Source: the human T2T-CHM13v2.0 reference genome, Homo sapiens. From it: a stretch of 64,000 nucleotides of DNA. Numbering within the stretch: the stretch's first letter is position 1; each line of letters opens with the position of its first letter. The notes below the pieces were generated by a model. It was not told the DNA's origin. It made no database searches and saw only the letters and a program-made list of their open reading frames with translations. Positions 13,201-31,043 of this stretch are shown in pieces. The DNA is taken from NCBI RefSeq assembly GCF_009914755.1, contig NC_060943.1; one strand, given 5' to 3'. A program made the position numbers and the translations under genes.

Positions 13201-16071
13201 AATTGGACACACACTTCACAATGGAGTTTCTGAGAATGCTTCTGTCTAGTTTTTACATAAAGATATTTCTTTTTCCAGCATACGCAACAAAGAGCTCTGA
13301 ATGAACACTTGCAGATTCTATAAAAAGTGAGTTTCAACACTGCTCTATCAAAGGGAAGATTCAAGTCTGTGAGTTGAATGCACACATCACAAAGCAGTTT
13401 CTGAGAATGATTCTGTCTAGTTTGTATGTGAAGATATTTCCTTTTCCATCTTATGCCTCACTTCGCCCCAAATATCCACATGCAGATACTAGAAAAACAC
13501 TATTTCAAAACTTCTCTGTCAAAAGGAAGGTTCAACGCTGTGAGTTGAATGCACACATCACAAAGCAGTTTCTGAGAATGCTTCTGTCTAGTTTTTACGT
13601 GAAGATATTCCTTTTTCCACCATAGGCAACAAAGCGCTCCAAATGAACACTGGCAGATTCTACAAAAAGCATGTTCCAACATTGCTGTATCAAAAGAAAT
13701 GTTGAAGTCTGTGAGTTGAATGCACACATCACAAAGAACTTTCTGAGAATGCTTGGGTCTTCTTTTTATGTGAAGATACCCGTTTCCAAAGACTTACTCA
13801 AAGAGTTCCAAATGTCCACTAGCAGATTTTACAAAAGGAGTTTTTAAATACTGCTCTATCAAAAGACAAATTCAACTCTGTTAGTTGAATGCACACATCT
13901 CATTGAAGTTCCTGAGAATGCTTCTGTCTAGTTTTTATGTGAAGATATTTCCTTTTCCATCTTAGGCCTCACATTGCCCCAAATATCCACATACAAATAC
14001 TACAAAAACACTATTTCAAAACTGCTCTGTCAAAAGGAATGTTCAACTCTGTGAGTGAATGCACACATCAAAAAGCAGTGTCTGAGAAAGCTTATGTCTA
14101 ATTTGTATGTGAAGATATCCCGTGTATAACGAATTCCTCAAAAATTTCCCAATATCCACAAGCAGATTCTACAAAAGCAGTGTTTCAAAAGTGCTCCATC
14201 AAAAGAAAGGTTCAATTCCTGAATTGAACACACACATCACAAAGAAGTTTCTGAGAATGCTTCTGTCTAGTTTTTATGTGAGGATAATACTTTCTCCAGC
14301 ATAGGCAACAAAGCGCTCCAAATAAACACTTGCAGGTTCTACAATAAGTGTGTTTCAAAACTGCTGTATCAAAAGAAAGGTTCAATTCGTTGAGTTGAAT
14401 GCACACATCGCAAAGCAGTTTCTGAGAATACTTCTGTCAAGTTTGTATGTGAAGATATCCCGTTTACAACGAATTCCTCAAAGAGCTCCAAATATCCACA
14501 AGCAGAGACTACAAAAGCCGTGTTTCAAAACTGCTCTATCAAAAGAAAGGTTCAACTCCGGGAATTGAACACACACATCACAAAGTAGATTCTGAGAATG
14601 CTTCTGTCTAGTTTGTATGTGAATATATCCCGTTTACAATGAATTCCTGAAAGAGCTCCAAATATCCACAAGCAGATTCTACAAAAGCAGTGTTTCACAA
14701 CTTCTCTACCAAAAAAAAGGTTCAAGTCTGTGAATTGAACACACAGACCACAAAGTTGTTTCTGAAAATGCTTCTGTCTAGTTGTAATGTGAAGATATTT
14801 CTTTTTCCACCATAGACAAAAAATCGCTCCAAATGAACACTTGCAGATTCTACAAACTGGGTGTTTCAACGCTGCTCTATCAAAAGAAAGGTTCAAGTCT
14901 GTGAGTGGAAGGCACATATCACAAAGAAATTTCTGAGAATGATCCTGTCTAGTTTGTATGTGGAGATATTTCCTTTTCCATCTTAGGCCTCAAATCACTC
15001 CTAATATCCACTTGCAGATACTACAAAAAGACTCTTTCAAAACTGCTCTCTCAAAAGGAAGGTTCAACTCTGTGATTTGAATGCACACATCACAAAGCAG
15101 TTTCTGAGAATGCTTCTGTCTATTTTCTATGTGAAGATATCCTGTTTACAACGAATTCCTTGAGGAGATCCAAATATCCACAAGCAGATTCTACAAAAGC
15201 AGGGTTTCAAAACTGCTCTATCAAAAGAAAGGTTCAACTCTGTGAATTAAACACACACAACAAAGGAGTTTCTGAGAATGCTTCCGTCTAGTTTTAATGT
15301 GAAGATATTTCTTTTTCCACCATAGCCAACAAAGCGCTCCAAATGAACAATTGCAGATTTTACAAAAAATGTGTTTCAACACTGTTCTATGAAAGGAAAC
15401 TATCAAGTCTGTGAGTTGAATGCACAGATCATAAAGTACTTTCTGGGAAAGCTTGGGTCTCCTTTTTATGTGAAGATACCCGTTTCCAAAGAATTCCTCA
15501 AAGAATTCCAAATATAAACAGGTACATTCTACAAAAGGAGTGTTTCAATACTGCTCTGTCAAAAGACAGATTTAACTCTGTTAGTTGAGTGCACACATCT
15601 CAATGAAGTTCCTGAGAATGCTTCTGTCTAGTTTGTATGTGAAGATATTTCCTTTTCCACCATAGGCTTCAAAGTGCTCCAAATGAACACTTGCAGGTCA
15701 TAAAAAAAGACTGTTTCAAAACTATTCTATCAAAAGAACGGTTCCAATCTGTCAGGTGAATGCACACACCACAAAGCAGTTTCTGAGAATGCTTCTGTCT
15801 AGTTTGTATGTGAATATATTTCCATTTCAATCTTAGGCCTCAAATCACTCCTAATATCCACTTGCAGATACTACAAAAAGACTGTTTCAAAACTGTTCTC
15901 TTAAAAGGAAGGTTCAACTCTGTGAGTTGAATGCACACATCACAGAGCTGTTTCCGAGAATGCTTCTGTCTAGTTTGTATGTGAGGATATCCCGTTTACA
16001 ACGAATTCCTCAAAGAGCTCCAAATATCCACAAGCAGATTCTACAAAAGCAGTGTATGAAAACTGCTCTAT
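7245..16071 (-). repeat. Divergent alpha satellite, reverse orientation
   Basis: GTTCAACTCTGTGAGTTGAATGCACACATCACAAAGCAGTTTCTGAGAATG recurs about every 171 bp. No near-identical long period is visible. Confidence 0.95.
16059..16071 (+). repeat. L1 target-site duplication, 5' copy
   Basis: AAAACTGCTCTAT, repeated at 22096-22108. The alpha monomer register continues across the insertion. Confidence 0.9.
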
Positions 16072-16976
16072 GGGGAGTGGGTGAAGATGGCTGAATAAGA
16101 AGAGCTCCGGTTTACAGCTCCCAGCGTGAGCGACGCAGAAGAAGGTGATTTCTGCATTTCCATCTGTGGTACCGGGTTCATCTCACTAGGGAGTGCCAGA
16201 CAGTGGGCACAGGTCAGTGGGTATGCGCACCGTGCACGAGCTGAAGCAGGGCAAGGCATTGCCTCACTTGGGAAGCACAAGGTGTCAGGGATTTCCCTTT
16301 CTGAGTCAAAGAAAGGGGTGAGGGAAGGCACCTGGAAAATCGGGCCACTACCACCCGAATACTGCGCTTTTCCGACGGGCTTAAAAAACGGCGCACCTCG
16401 AGATTATATCCGGCACCTGGCTCGGAGGGTCCTACCCATACGGAGTCTCACTGATCGCTAGCACAGCAGTCTGAGATCAAACTGCAAGTCTGCAGTGAGG
16501 CTGGGGGAGTGGCGCCCCCCATTGCCCAGGCTTGATTAGGTAAACAAAGCAGCCGGGAAGCTCCAACTGGGCGGAGCCCACCACAGCCCAAGGAGACTTG
16601 CCTGCCTCTGTAGGCTCCACCTCTGGGGGCAGGGCACAGACAAACAAAAAGACAGCAGTAACCTCTGCAGTCTTAAATGTCCCTGTCAGACAGCTTTGAA
16701 GAGAGCAGTGGTTCTCCCAGCACCCAGCTGGAGATCTGAGAACGGGCAGACTGCCTCCTCAAGTGGGTCCCTGACCCATGACCCCTGAGCAGCCTAACTG
16801 GGAGGCACCCCCAGCAGGGGCACACTGACACCTCACACGGCAGGGTATTCCAACAGACCTGCAGCTGAGGGTCCTGTCTGTTAGAAGGAAAACTAAGAAA
16901 CTGAAAGGACATCCACACCAAAAACCCATCTGTACATCACCATCATCAAAGACCAAAAGTAGATAAAACCACAAAG
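16072..16976 (+). promoter_or_regulatory. L1 5'UTR internal promoter (sense and antisense)
   Basis: GC/CpG-rich 5'UTR. YY1 core AAGATGGC at 16084-16091 with mutated flanks. Activity cannot be shown from sequence. Confidence 0.75.
16448..16522 (-). pseudogene. L1 antisense ORF0 remnant, truncated at codon 25
   Basis: Translates MGGATPPASLQTCSLISDCCASDQ* (TGA where CGA is expected). ORF0-like sequence continues downstream as RRFLSPSEKRSIRV (ORF track 16214..16396). Confidence 0.7.
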
Positions 16977-17991
16977 ATGGGGAAAAACAGAGCAGAAAAA
17001 CTGGCAACTCTGTTAAGCAGAGCACCTCTCCTCCTCCAAAGGAACGCAGTTCCTCACCAGCAACGGAACAAAGCTGGACGGAGAATGACTTTGACGAGCT
17101 GAGAGAAGAAGGCTTCAGACAATCAAATTACTCTGAGCTACGGGAGGACATTCAAACCAAAGGCAAAGAAGTTGAAAACTTTGAAAAAAATTTAGAAGAA
17201 TGTATAACTAGAATAACCAGTAAAGAGAAGTGCTTAAAGGAGCTGATGGAGCTGAAACCCAAGGCTTGAGAACTACCTGAAGAATGCAGAAGCCTCAGGA
17301 GCCAATGCAATCAACTGGAAGAAAGGGTATCAGTGCTGGAAGATGAAATGAATGAAATGAAGCTACAAAGGAAGTTTAGAGAAAAAAGAATAAAAAGAAA
17401 TGAGCAAAGCCTCCAAGAAATATGGGATTATGTGAAAAGACCAAATCTAAGTCTGACTGGTGTACCTGAAAGTGATGGGGAGAATGGAACCAAGTTGGAA
17501 AACACTCTGCAGGATATTATCCAGGAGAACTTCCCCAATCTAGCAAGGCAGGCCAACGTTCAGATTCAGGAAAGATAGAGAATGCCACAAAGATAATCTT
17601 CGGGAAGAGCAATTCCCGACACAAAATTGTCAGATTCACCAAAGTTGAAATGAAGGAAAAAATGTTAAGGGCAGCCAGAGAGAAAGGTTGGGTTACCCTC
17701 AAAGGGAAGCCCATCAGACTAACAGCGGATCTCTCGGCAGAAACCCTACAAGCCAGAAGAGAGTGGGGGTCAATATTCAACATTCTTAAAGACAAGAATT
17801 TTCAATCCAGATTTTCATATCCAGCCAAACTAAGCTTCATAAGCGAAGGAGAAATAAAATACTTTACAGACAAGCAAATGCTGAGAGACTTTGTCACCAC
17901 CAGGCCTGCCCTAAAAGAGCCCCTGAAGGAAGCGCTAAACATGGAAAGGAACAACCGGTACCAGCTGCTGGAAAATCATGCCAAAATGTAA
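16977..17991 (+). pseudogene. L1 ORF1p (RNA-binding/chaperone), disrupted
   Basis: Start ATGGGGAAAAACAG is one A short of the usual start. Fragments EQSLQEIWDYVKRPNL and KGKPIRLTADLSAETLQARREW...HAKM* lie in separate frames. Confidence 0.92.
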
Positions 17992-18054
17992 AGACCATCA
18001 AGACTAGGAAGAAACTGCATCAACTAATGAGCAAAATACCCAGCTAACATCATA

Positions 18055-21878
<3,824 letters not shown>

Positions 21879-22095
21879 ACAATGAGATCACATGGACACA
21901 GGAAGGGGATTATCACACTCTGGGGACAGTTCTGGGGTGGGGGATCGGGGTGAGGGAGAGCATTGGGAGATATACCTAATGCTAGATGACGAGTTAGTAG
22001 ATGCAGTGCACCAGCATGGCACATGTACACATATGTAAATAAACTGCAAAATGAGCAAATGCACCCTAAAACATAAAGTACCTAAAAAAATAAAA

Positions 22096-22108
22096 AAAAC
22101 TGCTCTAT
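22096..22108 (+). repeat. L1 target-site duplication, 3' copy
   Basis: AAAACTGCTCTAT follows the A tail. Confidence 0.9.
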
Positions 22109-25100
22109 CAAAAGAAATTTTCAACTCTGTGAATTCAAAACACACATCACAAAGTAGTTTCTGAGAATGCTACTGTCTAGTTTCAATGTGAAGATATCCC
22201 GCTTACAACGAATTCCTCCAAGAGCTCTAAATATCTGGAAGCATATTCTACAAAAGCAGTGCTTCAAACCTGCTCTGTCAAAGGAAAGGTTCAGCTCGGG
22301 GAATTGAACACAAACATCACAAAGGAGTTTCTGAGAATGCTTCTGTCTAGTGTTTCTATGAAGATAATACTTTTTCTACCATAGGCAACAATACGCTGCA
22401 AATGAACACTTGCAGATTTCACAAAAACTGTGTTTTAACACTGCTCTATCAAAAGAAATGTCCAAGTCTGTGAGTTGATTGCACACATCACAAAGCAGTT
22501 TCGGAGAATGATTCTGTCTAGCTTTTTATGTAACGATATTTTCTTTCCACCATAGGCAACAAAGCACACGGAATGAAAACTTGCAGAATCTCCAAAAAGC
22601 GTGTTTCAACACTGCTCTATCCAAAGAAAGGTTCGAGTCCGTGAGTTGAACGCACACAACAGAAAGCAGTTTCTGAGGATGCTTCTGTCTGGATTGTATG
22701 TGAAGTCATTTCCTTTTCCATCTAAACCGCCTCAAATCGCTAAAAGATCCACTTGCACATACTACCAAAAGACTTTCAAAACTGCTCTCTCAAAAGGAAG
22801 GTTCAACTGTGTGACTTGAATGCACACATCACAAAGCAGTTTTTGAGATTGCTTCTGTCTAGTTGGTATGTGGAGATATTCCATTTACAACGAATTCCTC
22901 AAAGAGCTCCAAATATCCACAAGCAGATTCTACAAAAGCAGTGTTTTGAAACTGCTCTATCAATAGAAAGGTTCAACTCTGTTAATTGAACACACACATC
23001 CAAAGGAGTTTCTGAGAATCCTTCTGTCTACTTTTTATTTGAAGATACTTCTTTTTCCACCATAGGCAACAAAGCGCTCCAAATGAATTCTTGCGGATTC
23101 TACAAAAAGCGTGTTTCTACACTGTTCTATAAAAAGAAAGTTTCAGGTAAGTGAGTTGAATGCACACATCCCAGTGAACTTTCGGAGAATGCATGGGTCT
23201 ACTTTTCATGTGAAGATACACGTTTCCAACGAATTCTTCAAAGAGTTCCAAATATCCACAAGCAGATTCTACAAAAGGAGTGTTTACATGCTGGTCTATC
23301 TAAAGACAGATTAAACTCTGTTAGTTAAATGCACACATCTCAGTGAAGTTCCTGAGAATGCTTCTTTCTAGTTTTTATGTGAATATATCTCCTATTCCAC
23401 CATAGGCTTCAAAGCGCTCCAAATGACAACTGGCAGATCCCAATAAAAGACTGCCTCAAAACCGCTCTATCAAAAGAAGGGTTCCACTCCAAGAGGTGAA
23501 TTCACATATCACGAAGAAGTTTCTGAGAATGCTTCTGTCCAATTATTATGTGGAGATATTCCCTTTTCCATCATAGGCCTCAAGTCGCTCTAAATATCCA
23601 ATTACAGATACTACAAAAGGACTGTTTCAAAACTGCTCTCTCAAAAGGAAGGTTCAAGTCCGTGAGTTGAATGCACACATCACAAAGCAGTTCCTCAGAA
23701 TGATTCTGTCTAGTATGTATCTGAACTTATTTCCTTTTCCATCATAGGCCTCAAATCACTCCAAATATCCACTTGCAAATACTACAAAAAGAATGTTTCA
23801 AAACTTCTCACTCAAAAGGAAGGTTCAACTCTGTCAGTTGAATGCACACATTACAAAGCAGTTTCTGAGAATGCTTCTGTCTATTTTTTAGGTGAAGATA
23901 TCACTTTTTCCAACATACTCAAAAAAGTACTCCAAATGAACACTTGCAGATTCTACAAAAAGTATGTTTCAATACTGCTCTATCAAAAGAAAGGTTCAAA
24001 GATATGAATTGAACACACACATCACAAAGGAGGTTCAGAGAATGTTTCAGTCTAGTTTTAATGTGAAGATATCACCTTTTCCCACATAGGCAACAAAGCG
24101 CTCCAAATAAATACTTGTGGATTCTACAAAAAGTGTGTTTCAACACTGCTCTATCAAAAGAAAGTTTCAAGTCTGTGAGTTGAATGCACACATCAAAAAG
24201 AACTTTCTGAGAATGCTTGGGTCTACTTTTTATGTGAAGATACCCGTTTCCAACGAATAACTCAAAGAGTTCCAAATATACACAATCAGATACTACAAAA
24301 GGAGTGTTTCATTCCTGCTCTGTCAAAAGACAGTTTCAACTCTGTTAGTTGAATGCACACATCTCAATGAAGTTCCTGAGAAGGCTTCTGCCTAGTTTTT
24401 TTTGAAGATATTCCCTTTTCCACCATAGGCTTCACAGCGCTCCAAATGAAAACTTGCAGGTCCTACAAAAAGACTGATTCAAAACTGCTCTATCAAAAGA
24501 ACGGTTCCACTCTGTTAGGTGAAGGCACACATCACAAGAAGTTTCTGAGAATGTTTCTGTCCAATTTTTATGTGAAGAAATTACTTTTTTCATCATTGGC
24601 TTCAAGTCGCTCTAAATATCCAATTTCAGATACTACAAAAAGACTGTTTCAAAACTACTCTCTCAAAAGGAAGGTTGAACTCCGTGAGTTTAAGGCACAC
24701 ATCACAAAGCAGTTCCTGAGAATGCTTCTGTCTAGTTTGTACCTGAAGTTATTTCCTTTTCCATCATAGGCCTCAAATCGCTCCACATATCCACTTGCAA
24801 ATACTACCAAAAGACTGCTTCAAAACTTCTCTCTCAAAAGGAAGGTTCAACTCTGTGAGTTCAATGCACACATCACAAGGCAGTTTCTGAAAATGCTTCC
24901 GTCTAGTTTTTTATTTGAAGGTATTTCCTTTTCCTTCTTCGGCCTCAAATCACTGCAAATATCCACTTGCAGATACTACAAAAAGACTGTTTCAAAACCG
25001 CTCTCTCAAAAGGAAGGTTCGACTCTGTGAGTTGAATGCACACGTTACGAAGCAGTTTCTGAGAATGCTTCTGTCTATTTTTCAGGTGAAGATATCACTT

Positions 25101-28100
25101 TTTCCAACATACGTAAAAAAGTACTCGAAATGAACACTTGCAGATTCTACAAAAAGGATGTCTCAACACTGCTCTATCAAAAGAAAGGTTCAACGATGTG
25201 AATTGAACACACACATCACAAAGGAGTTTCAGAGAATGCCTCTGTGTAGTGTTTAAGTGACGATATTACCTTTTCCCACATAGGCAACAAAGCACTCCAA
25301 ATGAATACTTGTGGGTTCTACAAAAAGTGTGTTTCAACACTACTCTATCAAAAGAAAGTTTCCAGTCTGTGAGTTGAATGCACACATCACAACGAACTTT
25401 CTGAGAATGCTTGGGTCTACTTTTTATGTGAAGATACCCGTTTCCAACGAATAACTCAAAGAGTTCCAAATATACACAATCAGATACTACAAAAGGGGTG
25501 TTTCATTCCTGCTCTGTCAAAAGACAGTTTCAACTCTGTTAGTTGAATGCACACATCTCAATGAAGTTCCTGAGAAGGCATCTGCCTAGTTTTTTGTGAA
25601 GATATTCCCTTTTCCACCATAGGCTTCAAAGCGCTCCAAATGAAAACTTGCAGGTCCTACAAAAAGACTGCTTCAAAACTGCTCTCTCAAAAGAACGGTT
25701 CCACTCTGTTAGGTGAATGCACACATCACAAGAAGTTTCTGAGAATGCTTCCGTTTAGTTTGTATGTGAAGATATTTCCTTTTCCATCATAGTACTCGAA
25801 TCGCTCCAAATATCCACTTGCAGACATTACAAAAAGACTGTTTCAAAACTGCTCTCTCAAAAGGAAGGTTCAACTCTGTGAGTTGAGTGCACACATCACA
25901 ATGGAGTTTGTGAGAATACTTCTCTCTAGTTTGTATGTGAAGGTATTTCCTTTTCCATCCGAGGTCCCAAGTCACTACAAATATCCACTTGCAGATACTA
26001 CAAACAGACTGTTTCAAAACCTCCCTCTCAAAAGGAAAGTTCAAATCTGTGAGTTGAATGCACACATCACAAAGCAGTTCCTCAGACTGCTTCTGTCTAG
26101 TTTGTATGTGAAGATATTTGCTTTTCCATCATAGGCCTCAAATCGCTCCAAATATCCACTTGCAGATACTACAAAAGACCGTTTCAACACTGCTCTCTCA
26201 AAAGGAAGGTTCAAATCTGTGGGTTGAATGCACACATCACAAAGCAGTTTCTGAGAATGCTTCTGTCTAGTTTGTATGTGAAGATATTTCCTTTTCCATC
26301 ATAGGCCTCAAATCGCTCCAAATATCCACTTGCAGATACTACAAAAGGACTGTTTCAACACTGCTCTCTCAAATGGAAGGTTCAACTCTGTGAGTTGAAT
26401 GCACACATCACAAAGCAGTTTCTGAGAATGCTTCTGTCTAGTTTGTATGTGAAGATATGCCTTTTACAACGTATTCCTCAAAGAGCTCCAAATATCCACA
26501 AGCAGATTCTACAAAAGCAGTGTTTCAAAACTGCTCTATCAAAGGAAAGTTTCAACTCTGTGAATTGAGCACACACATTCCAAAGCAGTTTCTAAGAATG
26601 CTTCTCTCTAGTTTTTAAGAGAAGATAATCCTTTTTCCACCATAGGCAACAAATCTCTCCAAATGAACACTAGCAGATTCTACAAAAAGTGTGTTTCAAC
26701 ACTGCTCTATCAAAAGAAAGGATCAAGACTTTGAGTTAAATGCACACATCACAAAGAAGTTTCTGAGAAAGCTTCTGTCTAGTTTTTATTTGAAGGTATT
26801 TCCTTTTCCTTCTTAGACCTCAAATCGCTCCAAATATCCGCTTGCAGATACTACAAAAAGACTGTTTCAAAGCCGCTCTCTCAAAAGGAAGGTTCAACTC
26901 TGTGAGTTGAATGCACATATTACAAAGCAGTTCCTGAGAATGCTTCTGTCTATTTTTTAGGTGAAGATATCACTTTTTCCAACATAGGCCACAAAGCATT
27001 TGAAATGAACACTTGCAGATTCTGCAAAATGTTTGTTTCAACACTGCTGTATCAAAAGAAAGGTTCAACAATGTGAATTGAACACACCCATCACAAAGGA
27101 GTTTCTGAGAATGCTTCTGTCTAGTTTTTATGTGAAGATATTTCTTTTTCCAACATAGGCAACAAAGCACACCAAAGAACACTTGTAGATTATACAAAAA
27201 GTGTGCTTCAACACTGCTCTATCTAAAGGAAGTTTCAAGTCTGTGAGTTAAATGCACACATCACAAAGCAGTTTCTGATAATGCTTCTGTCTAGTTTGTA
27301 TGTGAAGATATTTCATTTTCCACAATACTCCACAAATCGCCGCAAATATCCACTTGCTGATATGACAAAAAGACTACTTCAAAACTGGTCTCTCAAAAGG
27401 AAGGTTCAACTGTTTGAGTTAAATGCACACATCACCAAGCAGTTCCTGAGAATGCTTCTGTCGAGTTTGTATGTGAAGATATTTCCTTTTCCATCTTAGG
27501 CCTCAAATCACTACAAATATCCACTTGCAGATACTGTAAAAAGACTGTTTCAAAACCTCTCTCTCAAAAGGAAACTTCAAGTCTAGGAGTTGACTGCACA
27601 CATCACAAAGCAGTTCCTGAGACTGCTTCTGTCTAATTTGTATGTGAAGTTATTCCCTTTTCCATCATAGGTCACAAATCGCTCCAAATATCCACTTGCA
27701 GATACTACAAAAAGACTGTTTCATAACTGCTCTCTCAAAAGGAAGGTTCAACTCTGTGAGTTGAATGCGCACATCACAAAGCAGTTTCTGAGAATGCTTC
27801 TGTCTAGTTTGTATGTGAAGACATTTCCTTTTCCATCATAGGCCTCAAATCGCTCCAAATATCCACTTGCAGATACTTCAAACATACCGTTTCAACACTG
27901 CTCTCTCAAATGGAAGGTTCAACTCTGTGAGTTGAATGCACACATCACAAAGTAGTTTCTGAGAATGCTTCTGTCTAGTTAGAATGAGAAGATATCCCGT
28001 GTACAACGAATTCCTCCAAGAGCTCTAGATATCTGGAAGCAGATTCTACAAAAGCAGTGCTTCAAAGCTGCTCTATCAAAGGAAAGGTTCAGCTCAGGGA

Positions 28101-31043
28101 ATTGAACACAAACATCACAAAGGAGTTTCTGAGAATGCTTCTGTCTAGTGTTTCTATGAAGATAATTCTTTTTCTACCATAGGCAACAATACGTTGCAAA
28201 TGAACACTTGCAGATTTCACAAAAACTGTGTTTTAACACTGCTCTATCAAAAGAAATGTCCAAGTCTGTGAGTTGATTGCACACATCACAAAGCAGTTTC
28301 GGAGAATGATTCTGTCTAGCTTTTTATGTAACGATATTTTCTTTCCACCATAGGCAACAAAGCACACGGAATGAAAACTTGCAGATTCTGCAAAAAGTGT
28401 GTTTCAACACTGCTCTATCCAAAGAAAGGTTCGAGTCCGTGAGTTGAACGCACACAACAGAAAGCGGTTTCTGAGGATGCTTCTGTCTGGTTTGTATGTG
28501 AAGTCATTTCCTTTTCCAACTAAATCGCCTCAAATCGCTAAAAGATCCACTTGCAGATACTACCAAAAGACTTTCAAAACTGCTCTCTCAAAAGGAAGGT
28601 TCAACTGTGTGACTTGAATGCACACGTCACAAAGCAGTTTTTGAGAATGCTTCTGTCTAGTTGGTATGTGGAGATATTCCATTTACAACGAATTCCTCAA
28701 AGAGCTCCAAATATCCACAATCAGATTCTACAAAAGCAGTGTTTTAAAACTGCTCTATCAATAGAAAGGTTCAACTCTGTTAATTGAACACACTCATCCA
28801 AAGGAGTTTCTGAGAACCCTTCTGTCTAGTTTTTATTTGAAGATATTACTTTTTCCACCATAGGCATCAAAGCGCTCCAAAGGAACTCTAGCAGATTCTA
28901 CAAAAAGCGTGTTTCTAAACTGTTCTATCAAAAGAAAGTTTCAAGTCTGTGAGTTGAATGCACACGTCCCAGTGAACTTTCGGAGAATGCATGGGTCTAC
29001 TTTTCATGTGAAGATACCCGTTTCCAACGAATTCTTCAAAGAGTTCCAAATATCCACCTGCAGATTCTACAAAAGGAGTGCTTAAATGCTGGTCTATCTA
29101 AAGACAGATTCAACTCTGTTAGTTAAATGCACACGTCTCAGTGAAGTTCCTGAGAATGCTTCTTTCTAGTTTTTATGTGAACATATCTCCTTTTCCACCA
29201 TAGGCTTCAAAGCGCTCCAAATGAGAACTGGCAGATCTTCATAAAAGACTGCCTCAAAACCGCTCTATCAAAAGAAGGGTTCCACTCCAAGAGGTGAATT
29301 CACATATCACGAAGAAGTTTCTGAGAATGCTTCTGTCCAATTTGTATGTGAAGATATTCCCTTTTCCATCATAGGCCTCAAGTCGCTCTAAATATCCAAT
29401 TTCAGATACTACAAAAAGACTGTTTCAAAACTGCTCTCTCAAAGGGAAGGTTCAAGTCCGTGAGTTGAATGCACACATCACAAAGCAGTTCCTGAGAATG
29501 CTTCTGTCTAGTTTGTATCTGAAGTTATTTCCTTTTCCATCATAGGCCTCAAATCGCTCCACATATCCACTTCCAAATACTACCAAAAGACTGTTTCAAA
29601 ACTTCTCTCTCAAAAGGAAGGTTCAACTCTGTGAGTTGAATGCACACATCACAAGGCAGTTTCTGAAAATGCTTCCGTCTAGTTTTTTTATTTGAAGGTA
29701 TTTCCTTTTGCTTCTTCGGCCTCAAATCACTGCAAATATCCACTTGCAGATACTACAAAAAGACTGTTTCAAAACCGCTCTCTCAAAAGGAAGGTTCAAC
29801 TCTGTGAGTTGAATGCACATGTTACAAAGCAGTTTCTGAGAATGCTTCTGTCTATTTTTCAGGTGAAGATATCACTTTTTCGAACATACGCAAAAAAGAA
29901 CTCAAAATGGACACTTGCAGATTCTACAAAAAGTATGTTTCAACACTGCTCTATCAAAAGAAAGGTTCAACGATATGAATTGAACACACACATCACAAAG
30001 GAGTTTCAGAGAATGCTTCTGTCTAGTTTTTAAGTGAAGATATTACTTTTTCCCACATAGGCAACAAAGGGCTTCAAATGAATACTTGTGGATTCTACAA
30101 AAAGTGTGTTTCAACACTGCTCTATCAAAAGAAAGTTTCAAGTCTGTGAGTTGAATGCACACATCACAAAGAACTTTCTGAGAATGCTTGGGTCTACTTT
30201 TTATGTGAAGATACCCGTTTCCAGCGAATAACTCAAAGAGTTCCAAATATACACAATCAGATACTACAAAAGGAGTGTTTCATTCCTGCTCTGTCAAAAG
30301 ACAGTTTCAACTCTGTTAGTTGAATGCACACATCTCAATGAAGTTCCTGAGAAGGCTTCTGCCTAGTTTTTTGTGAAGATATTCCCTTTTCCACCATAGG
30401 CTTCACAGCGCTCCAAATGAAAACTTGCAGGTCCTACAAAAAGACTGCTTCAAAACTGCTCTCTCAAAAGAACGGTTCCACTCTGTTAGGTGAATGCACA
30501 CATCACAAGAAGTTTCTGAGAATGCTTCCGTTTAGTTTGTATGTGAAGATATTTCCTTTTCCATCATAGTACTCGAATCGCTCCAAATATCCACTTGCAG
30601 ACATTACAAAAAGACTGTTTCAAAACTGCTCTCTCAAAAGGAAGGTTCAACTCTGTGAGTTGAGTGCACACATCACAATGGAGTCTGTGAGAATACTTCT
30701 GTCTAGTTTGTATGTGAAGGTATTTCCTTTTCCATCCGAGGCCCCAAGTCACTACAAATATCCACTTGCAGATACTACAAACAGACTGTTTCAAAACCTC
30801 CCTCTCAAAAGGAAAGTTCAAATCTGTGAGTTGAATGCACACATCACAAAGCAGTTCCTCAGACTGCTTCTGTCTAGTTTGTATGTGAAGATATTTGCTT
30901 TTCCATCATAGGCCTTAAATCGCTCCAAATATCCACTTGCAGATACTACAAAAATACCGTTTCAACACTGCTCTCTCCAATGGAAGGTTCAACTCTGTGA
31001 GTTGAATGCACACATCACAAAGCAGTTTCTGAGAATGCTTCTG
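22109..31043 (-). repeat. Alpha-satellite transition zone: divergent HOR-related units (~34-mer and ~18-mer)
   Basis: HOR landmark GTTCGAGTCCGTGAGTTGAACGCACACAACAG (ORF-track anchors 22601, 28399, 31474) is spaced 5798 bp and 3075 bp, i.e. 34 and 18 monomers. Confidence 0.88.

Noticed and set aside
94-15511. Many 60-130 aa ORFs with repeating motifs (KYPLADSTKR, QLCELNAHITK)
   Set aside because: These are translations of 171-bp (57-codon) alpha monomers. They occur on both strands and in multiple frames, with no gene structure.
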